Below are positions 40,801-51,072 of a DNA stretch of 64,000 bases, piece after piece. The notes beneath the pieces were generated by a model. The model had not been told where the DNA came from, searched no databases, and saw only the letters and a program-made list of their open reading frames with translations. Each line of letters starts with the position of its first letter. The first letter of the stretch is position 1. The position numbers and the translations under genes are program-made. Origin of the DNA: a virus; the IMG/VR virus record IMGVR_UViG_3300031857_022279. The stretch is one strand, 5' to 3'.

Positions 40801-43800
40801 AGAATAGATGGTACAACTAGGACAATTTCTAATCAGTACTTCATATATGGTAATGATAATCCAATTGCCTATGATCCAGAAAACGAAGCAGTCTATACTT
40901 TTTATGAAGGCACTAATTTATATAAAGTCGATAATAATACCGCAACAAGTATACCGCTAATTTCCACCGGAACATTCAACAGTTTACTTTTTAATAATTT
41001 GACTAGTACGATTAATTCATCGTCGAATTTAGGTTATAATTCACTTTTACTTAGTGACGCTACAATTGAATTCAGTGTATCACCTTCTGATTATGGATAC
41101 CAGGCCTTAAATCAATATGATGGTGATATTTATATAGGTGGAACTTCACAAATACTTACGATAGATGCTACAAATGGTCAAACTAAAAATGTTCAATCAT
41201 ATCCTGGTGGTGCTGTCACAAAATTAATTTATAATCCGGATAGAAGAAGTATTTGGTCAATTCAGCCTGATACAAATCTTGTAATTGAGATTCAAGTTGT
41301 TTTGAGTTCATACTTTGAACTTGAGACAACAGTTGCTACGCCATCTAACGATACATTTTACGGAACACTTAGTCCTGATTACAAAGACCGTGATTATTTA
41401 TGGTTGAGCGTTAGAGAATACATAAGAAGACCAAGAGAAAACTTTAATGACGAACCTATTGTTAGTTTATATTGGAGATGGTTTTCTGACAACGTTCCCG
41501 AATTCTTTCTCTATGATTTCTCAGGAACTCAGTTACCAACGACTGGTGTTCTTGCATATACTGGTGAAAAACCTTTACCAAATCCTGTTTTAAATAAATC
41601 AGCTAATAGAGATATTAAGAAAATTAGTGACCCTTCTGTTCAGCAGACAATTTTCGACTCAATAGAACACGATCTGGAATATGTTGATGATAATGAAGAT
41701 ATAAGTGTTGTACCAGAACCTATTCAACTTTTTATTGGATATAATTCTAAAAACGAGGGAGGTCTAAGAAGTATTTTACAACTGTATAAAAGAGAAGATA
41801 TTGACTTTACCATAACTACTACAAATTCAAATTATGATATAATCACTATCGAGACAATCGTTGATCGAATAAGTGGAGATGTTTATGGTAAAATATCACT
41901 TGATACCAACTCAACCTCATTTTTTACTTCGAACTCCTCAGGAGTCACAAGAGGATTCAAAAGGGGACAACATTTGGCGATATTTATTAAAGATGTCACT
42001 AATAGTAAACGTCAATATGTTTCTATTAACAGTGGTTATTTAGTAAAGATTAGAGAAGTTTATACAAGAGAATTGATAGTCGACTTCTTTAAATCAGTTG
42101 ATAGATTTCAGACTGAAAAAACAGTGATTAGTAACTACCCAAAAACGGGAAATACAACCTACCTATCAGTAAGATTCAAAGTTTGGGACAGAGAAATTGG
42201 TAGATTCAATATATTGGGTCAAACCGAAATAGAGGATGTTAGGTATCACACTGAATTGAATAATGTTGGTAAATTAGTATCATCTGACGATGTTTATATT
42301 TTCAAAGAATATGATATAAAAGAAGAGGGAATTGATTGGAATTATTTGAATGCTAAAAGAAAAGAAATGCTTTTGGTAAAACACTTAATTTACCCTTACA
42401 TCGGAGCCTATAAATCAATTATAAATGCAATAAATTACTTTGGATATAATGATTTAGAACTTTACGAATATTATAGAAATATAGATGATGAGTCTGAAAA
42501 TTTTGGTAAACTTTTCAAAGTTGAAATACCTGATATCTTTGATAATACTGTTGAGGGGTGGAAAGACAATGATTTTATTAAGCATACTTTTCCAAATCCT
42601 AAATTTGAAGATACAAATTTATTTAATTTAACTTTCAGAATTACTGATAAAGAGGGTAATAATGTTCTTTACTATACCTTGGAAGAAGTTCAGAAAAAAT
42701 TACAAGGATTGAAATATTGGCTTCAGAAGAATATAATACCAATTACACATAAAATACTTGATATAACTGGAAGAGCTGATTTTGTCGGTGGCACAACCTT
42801 AGTACATTTGACTAGAGACGCTCAAATTTTCAGAATAAATGAGAATTACACACCAATTCTATTTGATCTAAACGAGGCTTATTTGCTACCAGTAAATAGT
42901 GGATCAACTGTATATAATTGTGTTTTAGACTTTTACATAAATGAGCAAGTATCGAAGACTCTTCTTCCTCAATATTTTACAATTGATATTAAGACGTATG
43001 AAATCTATAGAGAGTGGTATGCATTTAGAACCTATCAAATCGGTGAAAGAGTTGTTTATTATGATAAGTTATATGAGTCGGTCGTAAGTAACAATAGAAC
43101 TAATAATCCAAGAAAATTCGAAAACGCTGAAGTTTGGCAAGTTAATACTGCATACAAATTGACCGATGTTGTTTCTTACGATAGACTAATTTACATTTGG
43201 ACTGGACAAGCTGGTGCTACATTTTCAACTATATCTCCAGTTTTAGACGAGGGAGTTGGTAGTAACTGGTTAAATATTACTGAATGGAAGTTAATTGATC
43301 TAGTTCCAGTTGAAAAGATAACAGAATATAGGGATTTAAGTGGTGTTAACGGATTAAGAAATTTGATGCCGTTTAACTTTACAGTAGATTCTAATATCAC
43401 ACCTTATTTAGTAATTGAAGTAACCTCTGATAATGGTTATGGACTTACTTATAGAGACAGAAAGAATTTTGAGATAAAGGGTATACTGGATATTCAAGAA
43501 ATAGAAGCATTTGCAAACTTGACAACAAAGCAATATAGAGATGCTACTACACCAGTAGTTTACGCAGATATTTCAACAGTACCAGATTTATCGATGTCTG
43601 CTGGAGCATTTGCTGTTGTTTCGTCAGACTTGTCTGGTAATCCAACAAATCGACCTTACTCTGATCTTTCTGGAAATGTTGTTTATCCAAGTATACAACA
43701 CGAGTTCCCTTATACGATCACTAACAATTCATCATTTACTGTAAATCAGTTCAAAATTGAATTTAGTGGTGATTTTGCATTCTTGAATAATCCTTATGTT

Positions 43801-44499
43801 GTGAGTACTCAGGGAAGTGCATATGTAACAGGACTTGATATGTATTGGAATGGTTCACTCGCTCCAGCACAGTCTGTCACTGTGAGAGTAAGAGCTAATG
43901 TTACTAGCGGTGGTAAAGCATACTGGGTAGATAATCCGAATACTGCAAATAACCAGTCATATGTTCCAGTTGAAGATCCATCTTTTGCATATAATGTAGT
44001 TTCGAAATTGGCATCAGGAACGAATTACGGTGTAACATTCTCAACTTCTGCGAATCTAACAGTAAGTTATCGAATACTTTATTACAGGCAAGTTGCAATT
44101 GGGGCACTGGTAAATCCTACCGATCCTATACCTGGACAGTTCCAAATATTTACATTCTCACAACAGGGAATTAATATAATTGGTCTTTCTGACTCAGTAA
44201 TATATGGTACTAATTATGCTACCGTAGCTGATGGATTTAATAATGTTCTAGGAGACTTCGGATACGCTTACTATCAATCAAGAACATCAGGTGCGAACTT
44301 TAGACCTACATTCTTAGTAGCCACTTGGTATACACCATCTCTTTTTAATTCTAGTGTCTACTATACTGGTCCCACACCAACCTTAGCAGGATTTAGTGTT
44401 GGTAATCCTAATTTTAACGCTGATTTTGCATCTACACTACAGTTTGGTACAAATTCTACATCTGGTGGATGGACTATTGCTAACTATTACTATCCATAA
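37855..44499 (+). CDS. Giant baseplate wedge / receptor-binding structural protein
   Basis: 2214 aa. Beta-propeller-like repeats (about 40330-41300), YPYIGAYKSIINAINYFGY wedge-like motif, CBM5/12-like modules (Y..GERVVY..KLY), adjacent to gp25. Confidence 0.6.
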   Translation: MQSLVFFDKEGNPLNFYYNQSVGRYEGDILFPENSDDTFKTQALYLFEKIDAFEYENVDYLTLKKFQLFNEYGFHFYPGVASQSVTKIEPVNQESAYYSKWIYSKNIESKYKKGTFVKFNSPIFEFTNPNRIYAVVGSKKDAICVLSLLDNNTFETNYGGLYGLTSSYDNIYVEGVDIIGIYNYITPDLRDTLSLWNEPSFYDRLYQYRRLNLVNTEKNDNYRRTKKYDDVEVVTIENPNILDIVHFEYNCSSIPENTTLWMEVITRTDLPRVYKAGLSFSTSGSVLNFDNPVPRILKPGVEFKVPNSSLNLDFYKVTSIPIFTGNNTLTYYATGSQVIWDNRIYQCIQAYTWSGATYSVQPTGTTTSELYWGNATYLPIEPSSSSGAIVNESLVGGEIYLTTDHLYFSQSFTQSVEVTLASTVEKFNQELKILDIDLYYKDYALRADLIYPTNYAVVNFYHTEIGPTYSVGGLKSVYERCIQVEERLTKEFNYNYSENWNYNIVFTDIDEFGIIIKINKMVYGERIDWIYSSGLVDMERTIDSTLRNWLTRHFLSLNTLGILPSLTTVGYASVYYNTITLQTDFPNVPIEFSVQVGTTADYYIEHSIVTFFDLGKNLSIKINGRTYEELVVYSGSTPDIAQTLENWVENWSETVNDFGIYVSNAASSLKFNVKKQSQRVSLDINVGKSSLPGIQNYRIIERATGNLGALITSNEILLGTASGESLEEVGFATGQVIGINKTFYPLQNIEYNSLYLNPDTINLSYEGPFWGLTDSLCSSAPFTTVAFTIGWGQTGCPPSFSPSLLRGMYDEQAYNTSFSIEYIFSNTYNSNTFEGVANMVDISYVEPANCIYVLGDSLRVFDSTLANVISDIDISGLTASRELCYNNVSSYIYALSENALYKIDPFIHQVVASFSFASTAYSIQLNKKNGDIYVSFNAASQLYVYDINDSLTVITTPFATLGMVFNDFEEDMYVNTNAVGLLRIDGTTRTISNQYFIYGNDNPIAYDPENEAVYTFYEGTNLYKVDNNTATSIPLISTGTFNSLLFNNLTSTINSSSNLGYNSLLLSDATIEFSVSPSDYGYQALNQYDGDIYIGGTSQILTIDATNGQTKNVQSYPGGAVTKLIYNPDRRSIWSIQPDTNLVIEIQVVLSSYFELETTVATPSNDTFYGTLSPDYKDRDYLWLSVREYIRRPRENFNDEPIVSLYWRWFSDNVPEFFLYDFSGTQLPTTGVLAYTGEKPLPNPVLNKSANRDIKKISDPSVQQTIFDSIEHDLEYVDDNEDISVVPEPIQLFIGYNSKNEGGLRSILQLYKREDIDFTITTTNSNYDIITIETIVDRISGDVYGKISLDTNSTSFFTSNSSGVTRGFKRGQHLAIFIKDVTNSKRQYVSINSGYLVKIREVYTRELIVDFFKSVDRFQTEKTVISNYPKTGNTTYLSVRFKVWDREIGRFNILGQTEIEDVRYHTELNNVGKLVSSDDVYIFKEYDIKEEGIDWNYLNAKRKEMLLVKHLIYPYIGAYKSIINAINYFGYNDLELYEYYRNIDDESENFGKLFKVEIPDIFDNTVEGWKDNDFIKHTFPNPKFEDTNLFNLTFRITDKEGNNVLYYTLEEVQKKLQGLKYWLQKNIIPITHKILDITGRADFVGGTTLVHLTRDAQIFRINENYTPILFDLNEAYLLPVNSGSTVYNCVLDFYINEQVSKTLLPQYFTIDIKTYEIYREWYAFRTYQIGERVVYYDKLYESVVSNNRTNNPRKFENAEVWQVNTAYKLTDVVSYDRLIYIWTGQAGATFSTISPVLDEGVGSNWLNITEWKLIDLVPVEKITEYRDLSGVNGLRNLMPFNFTVDSNITPYLVIEVTSDNGYGLTYRDRKNFEIKGILDIQEIEAFANLTTKQYRDATTPVVYADISTVPDLSMSAGAFAVVSSDLSGNPTNRPYSDLSGNVVYPSIQHEFPYTITNNSSFTVNQFKIEFSGDFAFLNNPYVVSTQGSAYVTGLDMYWNGSLAPAQSVTVRVRANVTSGGKAYWVDNPNTANNQSYVPVEDPSFAYNVVSKLASGTNYGVTFSTSANLTVSYRILYYRQVAIGALVNPTDPIPGQFQIFTFSQQGINIIGLSDSVIYGTNYATVADGFNNVLGDFGYAYYQSRTSGANFRPTFLVATWYTPSLFNSSVYYTGPTPTLAGFSVGNPNFNADFASTLQFGTNSTSGGWTIANYYYP

Positions 44500-44505
44500 T
44501 ATGGA

Positions 44506-44883
44506 TTATACAATAAATGCAGAGACTTCTAATTCAGAAATTTTGAAATCAATTTGCATAACTTCTTGCCATCTTTCTGGGTCCTCGAATATTTTTACTT
44601 CAAGTCCGTAATTTGTCAGATCTAATTCTGGTATGTATTTTTTGATTTGTTTTTGAATTGTAGACTTAACTCCTTGTGAAGAAATTTTGGTTTGATGAAG
44701 TAATAGTATTAAGTCACATCCAAAGTCGGGATCGCCCAAAAGTTCACCCTTATTTGTAAAGATTATCATTTCATATTTTTGAACAATAACCCTTAGTGCA
44801 TCATCCTCAATAATTTTATTAAGTTGAAATTTAGGGTGACCTGGATATCCAATATAATGGTCTTTAAAGTCTAATTCAGCCAT
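44506..44883 (-). CDS. gp25: Baseplate wedge subunit, gp25/GPW family
   Basis: IIFTNKGELLGDPDFGCDL. Confidence 0.8.
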   Translation of the reverse strand: MAELDFKDHYIGYPGHPKFQLNKIIEDDALRVIVQKYEMIIFTNKGELLGDPDFGCDLILLLHQTKISSQGVKSTIQKQIKKYIPELDLTNYGLEVKIFEDPERWQEVMQIDFKISELEVSAFIV

Positions 44884-44903
44884 AGACTATATATTTTTAT
44901 AAT

Positions 44904-45875
44904 CTATTTGCCTATTAGTATTTTTCTAAACTTACCTAAGACTGTCATTCCTAGAATAATTGGATCTGTATTTGTCTCTAACTTTGAAGTATTTTCTGAA
45001 ATTATATAAGTAAGATCAAATAGTTTATCAATATTTTCTCTCTTTTCAGATATAGACCAATCAATAAAATTTTTTCCTAGAAGTTTAAATAAAATATCAA
45101 TTTTATCTTGACCAAAATTTGACATCAAAAAGTGATAAATCTTTTCAAAGTCTGCAGATTCATCATATAAAAAATTATATAGGTCTAATTTTAATTTATT
45201 AGAAATATTTGATGTTTCGAGACTAAGATTTCCGGTATCTTTTAGATTTTGAAGTTCTACAAACATTCCTCTGAAGTCGGGAAATTTTTTATTTATCAGA
45301 GTAACAAGATCATCTTTAGATATAGAGAATTCTTCTTCCTTAGAAATCTGGTTTGTAATTCTTTTGTAAATTTCTTGCTTTAAAAATTTCTCTTCAGTGT
45401 GATCTTTACAGTCAAAATCAATTATTGTAAATCTAGATTTAATCCCATCAGAAATTTTATTCAAATGATTTGTAGTTAGAATAAATCTAACATTTTTGTG
45501 ATATTGTTCAATGAAGGCTTTAAGCGCATCTTGATATTGAGAAGAAACCCTTTCAAACTCATCTAGAAAGATATACTTGATGGGGTCATCTGTTTCTAAC
45601 ATTGGTTGAGTTTTACAGAATTTCTCAACATCACTTCTCAGAGTTTCAATTGATGTATAAAGTGAGCTATTAATCTCAAGAAAAGCTTTATCCTTTGTAT
45701 ACTTTCCTATTAATATCCTAGCTAAAGAAGTTTTCCCAGTTCCGTAATGTCCCGAAAATATATAATTTTTTGTTATACCATTTTCGAAATGTTGTCTAAT
45801 TCTTGGGAGTAAAATTATGTCTTCTAGTGTTTTTGGCCTGTATTTTTCCCAAAGAAGTAGATTTTTTAACGACAT
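44904..45875 (-). CDS. gp44: Clamp loader AAA+ subunit (gp44 / RFC small subunit)
   Basis: LWEKYRPKTLEDI, GHYGTGKTS, INSS, FLDEFE, RFILTTN, IKSRF. Confidence 0.92.
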   Translation of the reverse strand: MSLKNLLLWEKYRPKTLEDIILLPRIRQHFENGITKNYIFSGHYGTGKTSLARILIGKYTKDKAFLEINSSLYTSIETLRSDVEKFCKTQPMLETDDPIKYIFLDEFERVSSQYQDALKAFIEQYHKNVRFILTTNHLNKISDGIKSRFTIIDFDCKDHTEEKFLKQEIYKRITNQISKEEEFSISKDDLVTLINKKFPDFRGMFVELQNLKDTGNLSLETSNISNKLKLDLYNFLYDESADFEKIYHFLMSNFGQDKIDILFKLLGKNFIDWSISEKRENIDKLFDLTYIISENTSKLETNTDPIILGMTVLGKFRKILIGK

Positions 45876-45910
45876 TGTATAGAGATTAAAATGTTTTTAT
45901 ATATACTAAC

Positions 45911-46927
45911 ATGATAGGTCAAAAGTTTAATTTTGATGAAGTATTCTTCAGAGATTTGACAGTCTGTGTACTCGATACATTAGAGGGTAGATTAAATTGG
46001 ATAAACAGATTTACAAGTGGTGATATTTCGGTACAAGTTCCGATTTATTATTCACTGAGTGGAGATGAGAGATTTCTACTTGATTCTTTTCAAGATGACA
46101 TAGTTTCAGAGAATCGATACGTAGAGTTGAATACTGATATTATACCAAGAGGTCATTTAACACTCAATAACTTTAATATAAGATCCGATGAATTTAGAAA
46201 TCCAAATGTTTGGTTAAGAGCAGTAGTTGAAGATAATGTTGAGGTAAAAAAATTATTGAAGCAAGTAAGAGCTATTCCAATAACAGTAAACTATGATTTA
46301 GCAATCTATTTAAAAAATGAAATTGATGTTTTCAAGTGTTCGCAAGAAATTATGAATACTCTCTGGCTTTATAGATTCATATATTTTGAACATAATTATA
46401 TGAATATTGATGCTGTGATGACTGTTCCCGATTCGAATAATGTTGAAATACAACGTGAGAAAAATCTAAAAAGTGACAATACTATAAAACTCTCTTTAAG
46501 TTTAGAAGTTCAGACATATTATCCAGCATTTACATCAAGAAAAGATTGTAAAATTGAAACTACAGCGGCCCTTATTAAGGGTAGTAATATTATAAAAGTT
46601 GGACCGGTTTTCACAAAAACTTGTTATGGATTCAAACCAGTTACCGTTTCTATCGGTGATATTAAAGTGGGTCAACAATTTAATTCTATACCGAATTTTA
46701 TACCTAATGGTACCTTTATAGAGGGTGTAAATAATGAAACATTTGAAGTTGTGTTAAGTAATCCTTCTTCTGGAGATGTTGAAAATTTACAAATAGTTAT
46801 ACAACAAGAGCCTGATGGATCAGTTATTCAACCATATAGAACAAGGTGGTTTGGAAACCTACAGCCTTTGAGTATGAAAGTTGGTACCGGATTACAAACA
46901 AATGATCCGTCGTCACCAAATAAATAA
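45911..46927 (+). CDS. gp15: Tail completion / sheath stabiliser (gp15-like)
   Basis: VQVPIYYS...ERFL, IPRGHLTL, AIPITVNYDLAIY, Q...EI, C-terminal extension. Confidence 0.7.
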   Translation: MIGQKFNFDEVFFRDLTVCVLDTLEGRLNWINRFTSGDISVQVPIYYSLSGDERFLLDSFQDDIVSENRYVELNTDIIPRGHLTLNNFNIRSDEFRNPNVWLRAVVEDNVEVKKLLKQVRAIPITVNYDLAIYLKNEIDVFKCSQEIMNTLWLYRFIYFEHNYMNIDAVMTVPDSNNVEIQREKNLKSDNTIKLSLSLEVQTYYPAFTSRKDCKIETTAALIKGSNIIKVGPVFTKTCYGFKPVTVSIGDIKVGQQFNSIPNFIPNGTFIEGVNNETFEVVLSNPSSGDVENLQIVIQQEPDGSVIQPYRTRWFGNLQPLSMKVGTGLQTNDPSSPNK

Positions 46928-46991
46928 AAAAGAAAAAAAAGAGTTTTTAATTGTAATATATAGTTTATATAAAAAATAAAATACAAAAAGT

Positions 46992-48275
46992 ATGAAGAAT
47001 CTTAAACTTGAGCTGTTTAACTTCAAGAAATCATTGTCTTTCGAACAATCAGACGTTGAATATGTTATTGAAGGTCACCTTAATTATACTAACGAGTTAT
47101 CAGAAAAGCAGATAATTAATTCACTAAATGAAAAACTAAAGCCTTTCACTTATGATAAACAAGTTAAAACTTTTTTAGAAAGTTTAAATGATGATATTAA
47201 AAATTATGAACTTCTTTATGAATTGAAGAATTTATATAATGTCCTTAATTCTAAAAATCAAGGTGAGTTGTATCGTCAACCAATTAATGTTTTACTACAA
47301 ACAATTAATCTTGAAACAGATCAAGATAGAATGGCTAAAATTTTGAATGAGCTAGCTGTTTATGATTGGGTACCAGAGATAAAAGTATTTGTTCACAATT
47401 TATCTAAGTCACCTGAGCAAAAAACCAATCTTTTGAGTGGTGGTAAAGGCGAATCTGTTTATACAATTGTTGAACAAGTTGAAGAAGGTCACCTTTGTTT
47501 CATCAAAGATTCTTGGTTTTTATTGACAGATGAGAATATTGAAAAAACACTTTTAGAAAATAATGTAAAAGACGAAGAAAGACTTCGTACACTTAGATCT
47601 CTACAAACAGCTCTTCAATTTTGCACAATAAATGAAAGCAGAATTGATTTTAGAATTTCCGAATACTTAACTGTAGGTCTTTCTGTTACTTCGAAAGGAG
47701 GAATATTTATTAATGATGATGAATTAAATGAAGAAACAACTCTTGAAAATTTATTCTCATCTCCAGTAATTCCTATTGTTAATAAGAATTTTTATCCACT
47801 TTTGGTAGAAGTTTCTAAGAATTTAGATTCTTTTGTTGAACTTGATGTTGTTAAGAGAATATCTAACTTGATTAATCCTACTTTAGAAGTATTTGCATTT
47901 AATTTTAAGAGCAATACATTCGTTTATCGTTGTGATGAAAGATATGGCAATTCATTCTTTAAATACGATTCAGCAATAGAATTAGTAAATGAGGTTAGAA
48001 ATGAATTGAACTATGATTTGACTTATTTTTATGAAAATAAACTTTCAAAAGAACTTGTAACTAAAAGAAGACTTGAAGATAAAGAAAGAGAAATAACTCT
48101 AAAATTAGAAGATGTTCAATTCAATATTTCTAAAGTCGAAGGATCAATCAAAATGATTGGTGAATCCGAAGTATTAGTTCAAGCTTTGGGTAATTTGAAG
48201 AAAAGAGAAGATTCTTTATCAGTAGAATTACAAGCTGTAAAGGAACTTCAATATAATGAAAGAATTAAACTTTAA
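46992..48275 (+). CDS. Hypothetical protein, likely late/virion
   Basis: 427 aa, upstream AATATATA, C-terminal coiled coil. Confidence 0.75.
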   Translation: MKNLKLELFNFKKSLSFEQSDVEYVIEGHLNYTNELSEKQIINSLNEKLKPFTYDKQVKTFLESLNDDIKNYELLYELKNLYNVLNSKNQGELYRQPINVLLQTINLETDQDRMAKILNELAVYDWVPEIKVFVHNLSKSPEQKTNLLSGGKGESVYTIVEQVEEGHLCFIKDSWFLLTDENIEKTLLENNVKDEERLRTLRSLQTALQFCTINESRIDFRISEYLTVGLSVTSKGGIFINDDELNEETTLENLFSSPVIPIVNKNFYPLLVEVSKNLDSFVELDVVKRISNLINPTLEVFAFNFKSNTFVYRCDERYGNSFFKYDSAIELVNEVRNELNYDLTYFYENKLSKELVTKRRLEDKEREITLKLEDVQFNISKVEGSIKMIGESEVLVQALGNLKKREDSLSVELQAVKELQYNERIKL

Positions 48276-48290
48276 TTTTTAAAAATAAAA

Positions 48291-48329
48291 AAAATAAAAA
48301 ATCCTCAAATTTTGAGGATTTTTTATTTT
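48291..48329. terminator. 19-bp-stem hairpin terminator
   Basis: aaaataaaaaatcctcaaa-t-tttgaggattttttatttt. Confidence 0.85.
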
Positions 48330-48468
48330 CAAAACTTTTAGACTTAAAATTATATAAAATTTGTAAATAGCTTCTAAGAGAAAATCTCTTCAAAATAGCT
48401 AAAATTAATTTTAAATGAGGCGTTAAATAAAATTTATTTAATTTTATTAGAAAAAAAAATTAAAAGCC

Positions 48469-48834
48469 ATTTACTTAAATAATAAAGATCTCTATGTGGA
48501 GATGATCGTCTCAAAAGCTCAGGGTAGACTTACTAGAAAAGCTGAAAAAATGTTGGAAATATTAGCCAAAGAAACTATTAAAAAAATGCGTTATTGGTCT
48601 AATGATGATAAAAATGATTGTTATCAATCTGGTCTTTTAGATATGTTCCAGAATTGGTATAATTTTAATGAAGAAAAATCAGTTAATGCTTTTGCTTATT
48701 TTACTGAAGTATTTAAAAGAGGAATCGCCAAGGGATTTAACGAAATCTACAAAAAGAAGGGAGATAACGAAAATTTAATCAAATTGATATCTATTGAGGG
48801 ATCAAATGACGGACAGGGTCTACATTCCTTGTAA
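48469..48834 (+). CDS. gp55: Late-transcription sigma factor, gp55-like (short; probable ATT start)
   Basis: YLNNKDL (cf. gp55 YVNNKE), D..Q.G..D...W.NFN.EKS.NAFAYFT...K.GI. The motif lies upstream of the first GTG/ATG. Confidence 0.75.
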   Translation: MYLNNKDLYVEMIVSKAQGRLTRKAEKMLEILAKETIKKMRYWSNDDKNDCYQSGLLDMFQNWYNFNEEKSVNAFAYFTEVFKRGIAKGFNEIYKKKGDNENLIKLISIEGSNDGQGLHSL

Positions 48835-48869
48835 AGAATAGTAGCTAAAGGTTTATAATATATACATAC

Positions 48870-50426
48870 ATGATTGTAAACGAATCCATAATTGTAAAGG
48901 GTCATCCAAGAAATTTGTCTTTTTATAAAAAATTAGGATATGATATAGAGGTTGGTAAAGAGTGTGAAGTTCTAACAACTCACTTAACACCGGGTTCACC
49001 AGTAAAAATAGACTGTAAATGTGATAATTGTGAATCTATAATTTCTATGGAATTTAGATTCTACTATTCTTATACTCAAGGATTTAAAGAATCTTACTTT
49101 TGTGTTTCTTGTAAAGGGATAAAGTCTAAAAGTACGAATATTGAAAAGTACGGAGTTGATAATCCAATGAAGTCAGATGTAGTAAAAAACATCTTGAAAG
49201 AATCCGTTTTAAAAAAATATGGAGTTGAACACTACTCAAAAACTGAGGAGTATAAAAATAAGTACAAAAAAACCTGTTTACATAAGTATGGTGTGGATAA
49301 TGTGTCAAAGTCAGAAGAAATAAAAAAACAGATCTCAGAAATTAAATTCAAACAATTAAATTCAATAGAAAAGTTTAGAAGTTCACTCTCTGATGAATAT
49401 GAGGTTTTAGATTACACAATTGATAGAAATTTTAAAATATTTCATAAAGTTTGTAGTTCTGAATTTACAATTTTTATTGGAACATTAAATGATAGAACTA
49501 GAAATAATAACATCATTTGTACAAACTGTAACCCAGTAGACCAGTTGGTTTCAGGTAGAGAAATTGAACTAAGTCAATTTTTGAAAGAATGTGGTGTCGA
49601 ATTTATATCTAATTCTTATGAAATAATACCACCAATGTCTCTTGATGTTTTTATACCAAGTTTAAATTTAGCTTTTGAATTTAACGGTGTTTATTGGCAT
49701 TCTGAAATTTATAAAGATAAATATTATCATTTAAATAAGACAAAAGAGTGTAATAAAAGAGGAATATCGCTTGTACATATATGGGAAGATGATTGGGTAT
49801 ATAAAAAGGAAATAATTAAGTCAATTATTTTAAATAGAATTTCTAAAATTAGTAATAAAATCTATGCCAGACAGTGTGAAATTAGAGTTGTTAAAAGTCC
49901 GAAAATAGTTAGAGAATTTTTAAATCAAAATCATATACAAGGATACAGTAATTCAAGTATAAATCTAGGTCTATTCTATCAAGACGAATTAGTCAGTCTA
50001 ATGACATTTGGAAAGAAAAGAAAAGATACAGAATTAGTTAGATTTTGTAATAGAATAAATTTATCAGTAGTCGGAGCCTCTTCAAAGCTTTTTAAGTATT
50101 ATATTAATAATTATGAATATTCAATTATAGAATCTTTTAGTGACTCTTCTATTTTTACAGGTGATATGTATGATAAATTAGGATTCAAATTTGTGCACGA
50201 CACTCAAGTTAATTACTGGAGAGTTGTCGATGGGGTTAGAAAACATAGATTTAATTTTAACAAAAAGAGACTTGTTAAAATGGGACATGACTCAAATTTA
50301 TCAGAAAATGAAATATTACAGAATCTTAAATACTGGAGAATCTGGGGATGCGGACTTAAAAAGTGGATCTATCGAAAAAATGACACTCAAAATCAAACTA
50401 TATCAGTTGATTCAATTAGAGTGTAG
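48870..50426 (+). mobile_element. Second Hef-like putative homing endonuclease
   Basis: Paralog of 31550..33244: KYGVDNP repeats, LDVFIP.LNLAFEFNGVYWHS, IWEDDW, ARQC...FLNQNHIQG...ELVRFC. Confidence 0.7.
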
Positions 50427-51001
50427 GTAAATTTATTCCCATGTATTTTAGAGGCTTTTTTACAAATTAACATAAATTGATCAAAGTCTTTAACTCTTTT
50501 AAATACTTGACACCCTTCACTCCAATTTTCTACCCAAGTTGTATCTTGACCAGCCTTATGAATATTGATTCCAAAATAACCAGTATCGACCACTTTCTCT
50601 TCAAATACTAAGTCTTTATTTTTATCTCTCCACACACTAACTTCACCGTTTCTTTGACATAATGCCCAGTATTTAGATTGATGTTTATCAATTTGGTAAA
50701 CACTTCTGTATTGATTTGGTACTAATCTAGCTACGCCTTTTTTATTTGTAAATTGTTGCACACCTTTTTTTCCAGGATCAGTAGTTGCATTCCAACAATA
50801 GAACTGCCATTTACCTGACTCATCTTTAAAAGTTATGGTTAAACAATCATCGAATACATTAGTAACCTTATCAGATACTTGTGATTGGTTATTTCTAACT
50901 CCGACTATATTGACATCATAAGATTTATTTGATTCATCCTCGAACCAAACATATCCTTTATTTTTCACTGCTTTCTCAATTTGTTCTCTTGTATAACACA
51001 T
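50393..51001 (-). CDS. Putative endolysin / cell-wall enzyme with an L,D-transpeptidase-like active site
   Basis: GINIHKAG-x(7)-NWSEGCQV fits the YkuD HxxxS/TxGC pattern; NIVGVR, FDD, TTDPG. Confidence 0.6.
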   Translation of the reverse strand: MCYTREQIEKAVKNKGYVWFEDESNKSYDVNIVGVRNNQSQVSDKVTNVFDDCLTITFKDESGKWQFYCWNATTDPGKKGVQQFTNKKGVARLVPNQYRSVYQIDKHQSKYWALCQRNGEVSVWRDKNKDLVFEEKVVDTGYFGINIHKAGQDTTWVENWSEGCQVFKRVKDFDQFMLICKKASKIHGNKFTYTLIESTDIV

Positions 51002-51072
51002 GGTAAAATTTATTGATTTACTGATATATATAAATTTTTTAAAACATTTTAAGTCTTAGATGTATAAAAATT

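Noticed and set aside
50191-50430. 79-aa alternate-frame ORF at the end of the Hef-like gene as a frameshift product
   Set aside because: The main frame already carries the conserved C-terminal motifs (RFNFNK...WRIWGCGLKKW), so no shift is needed.
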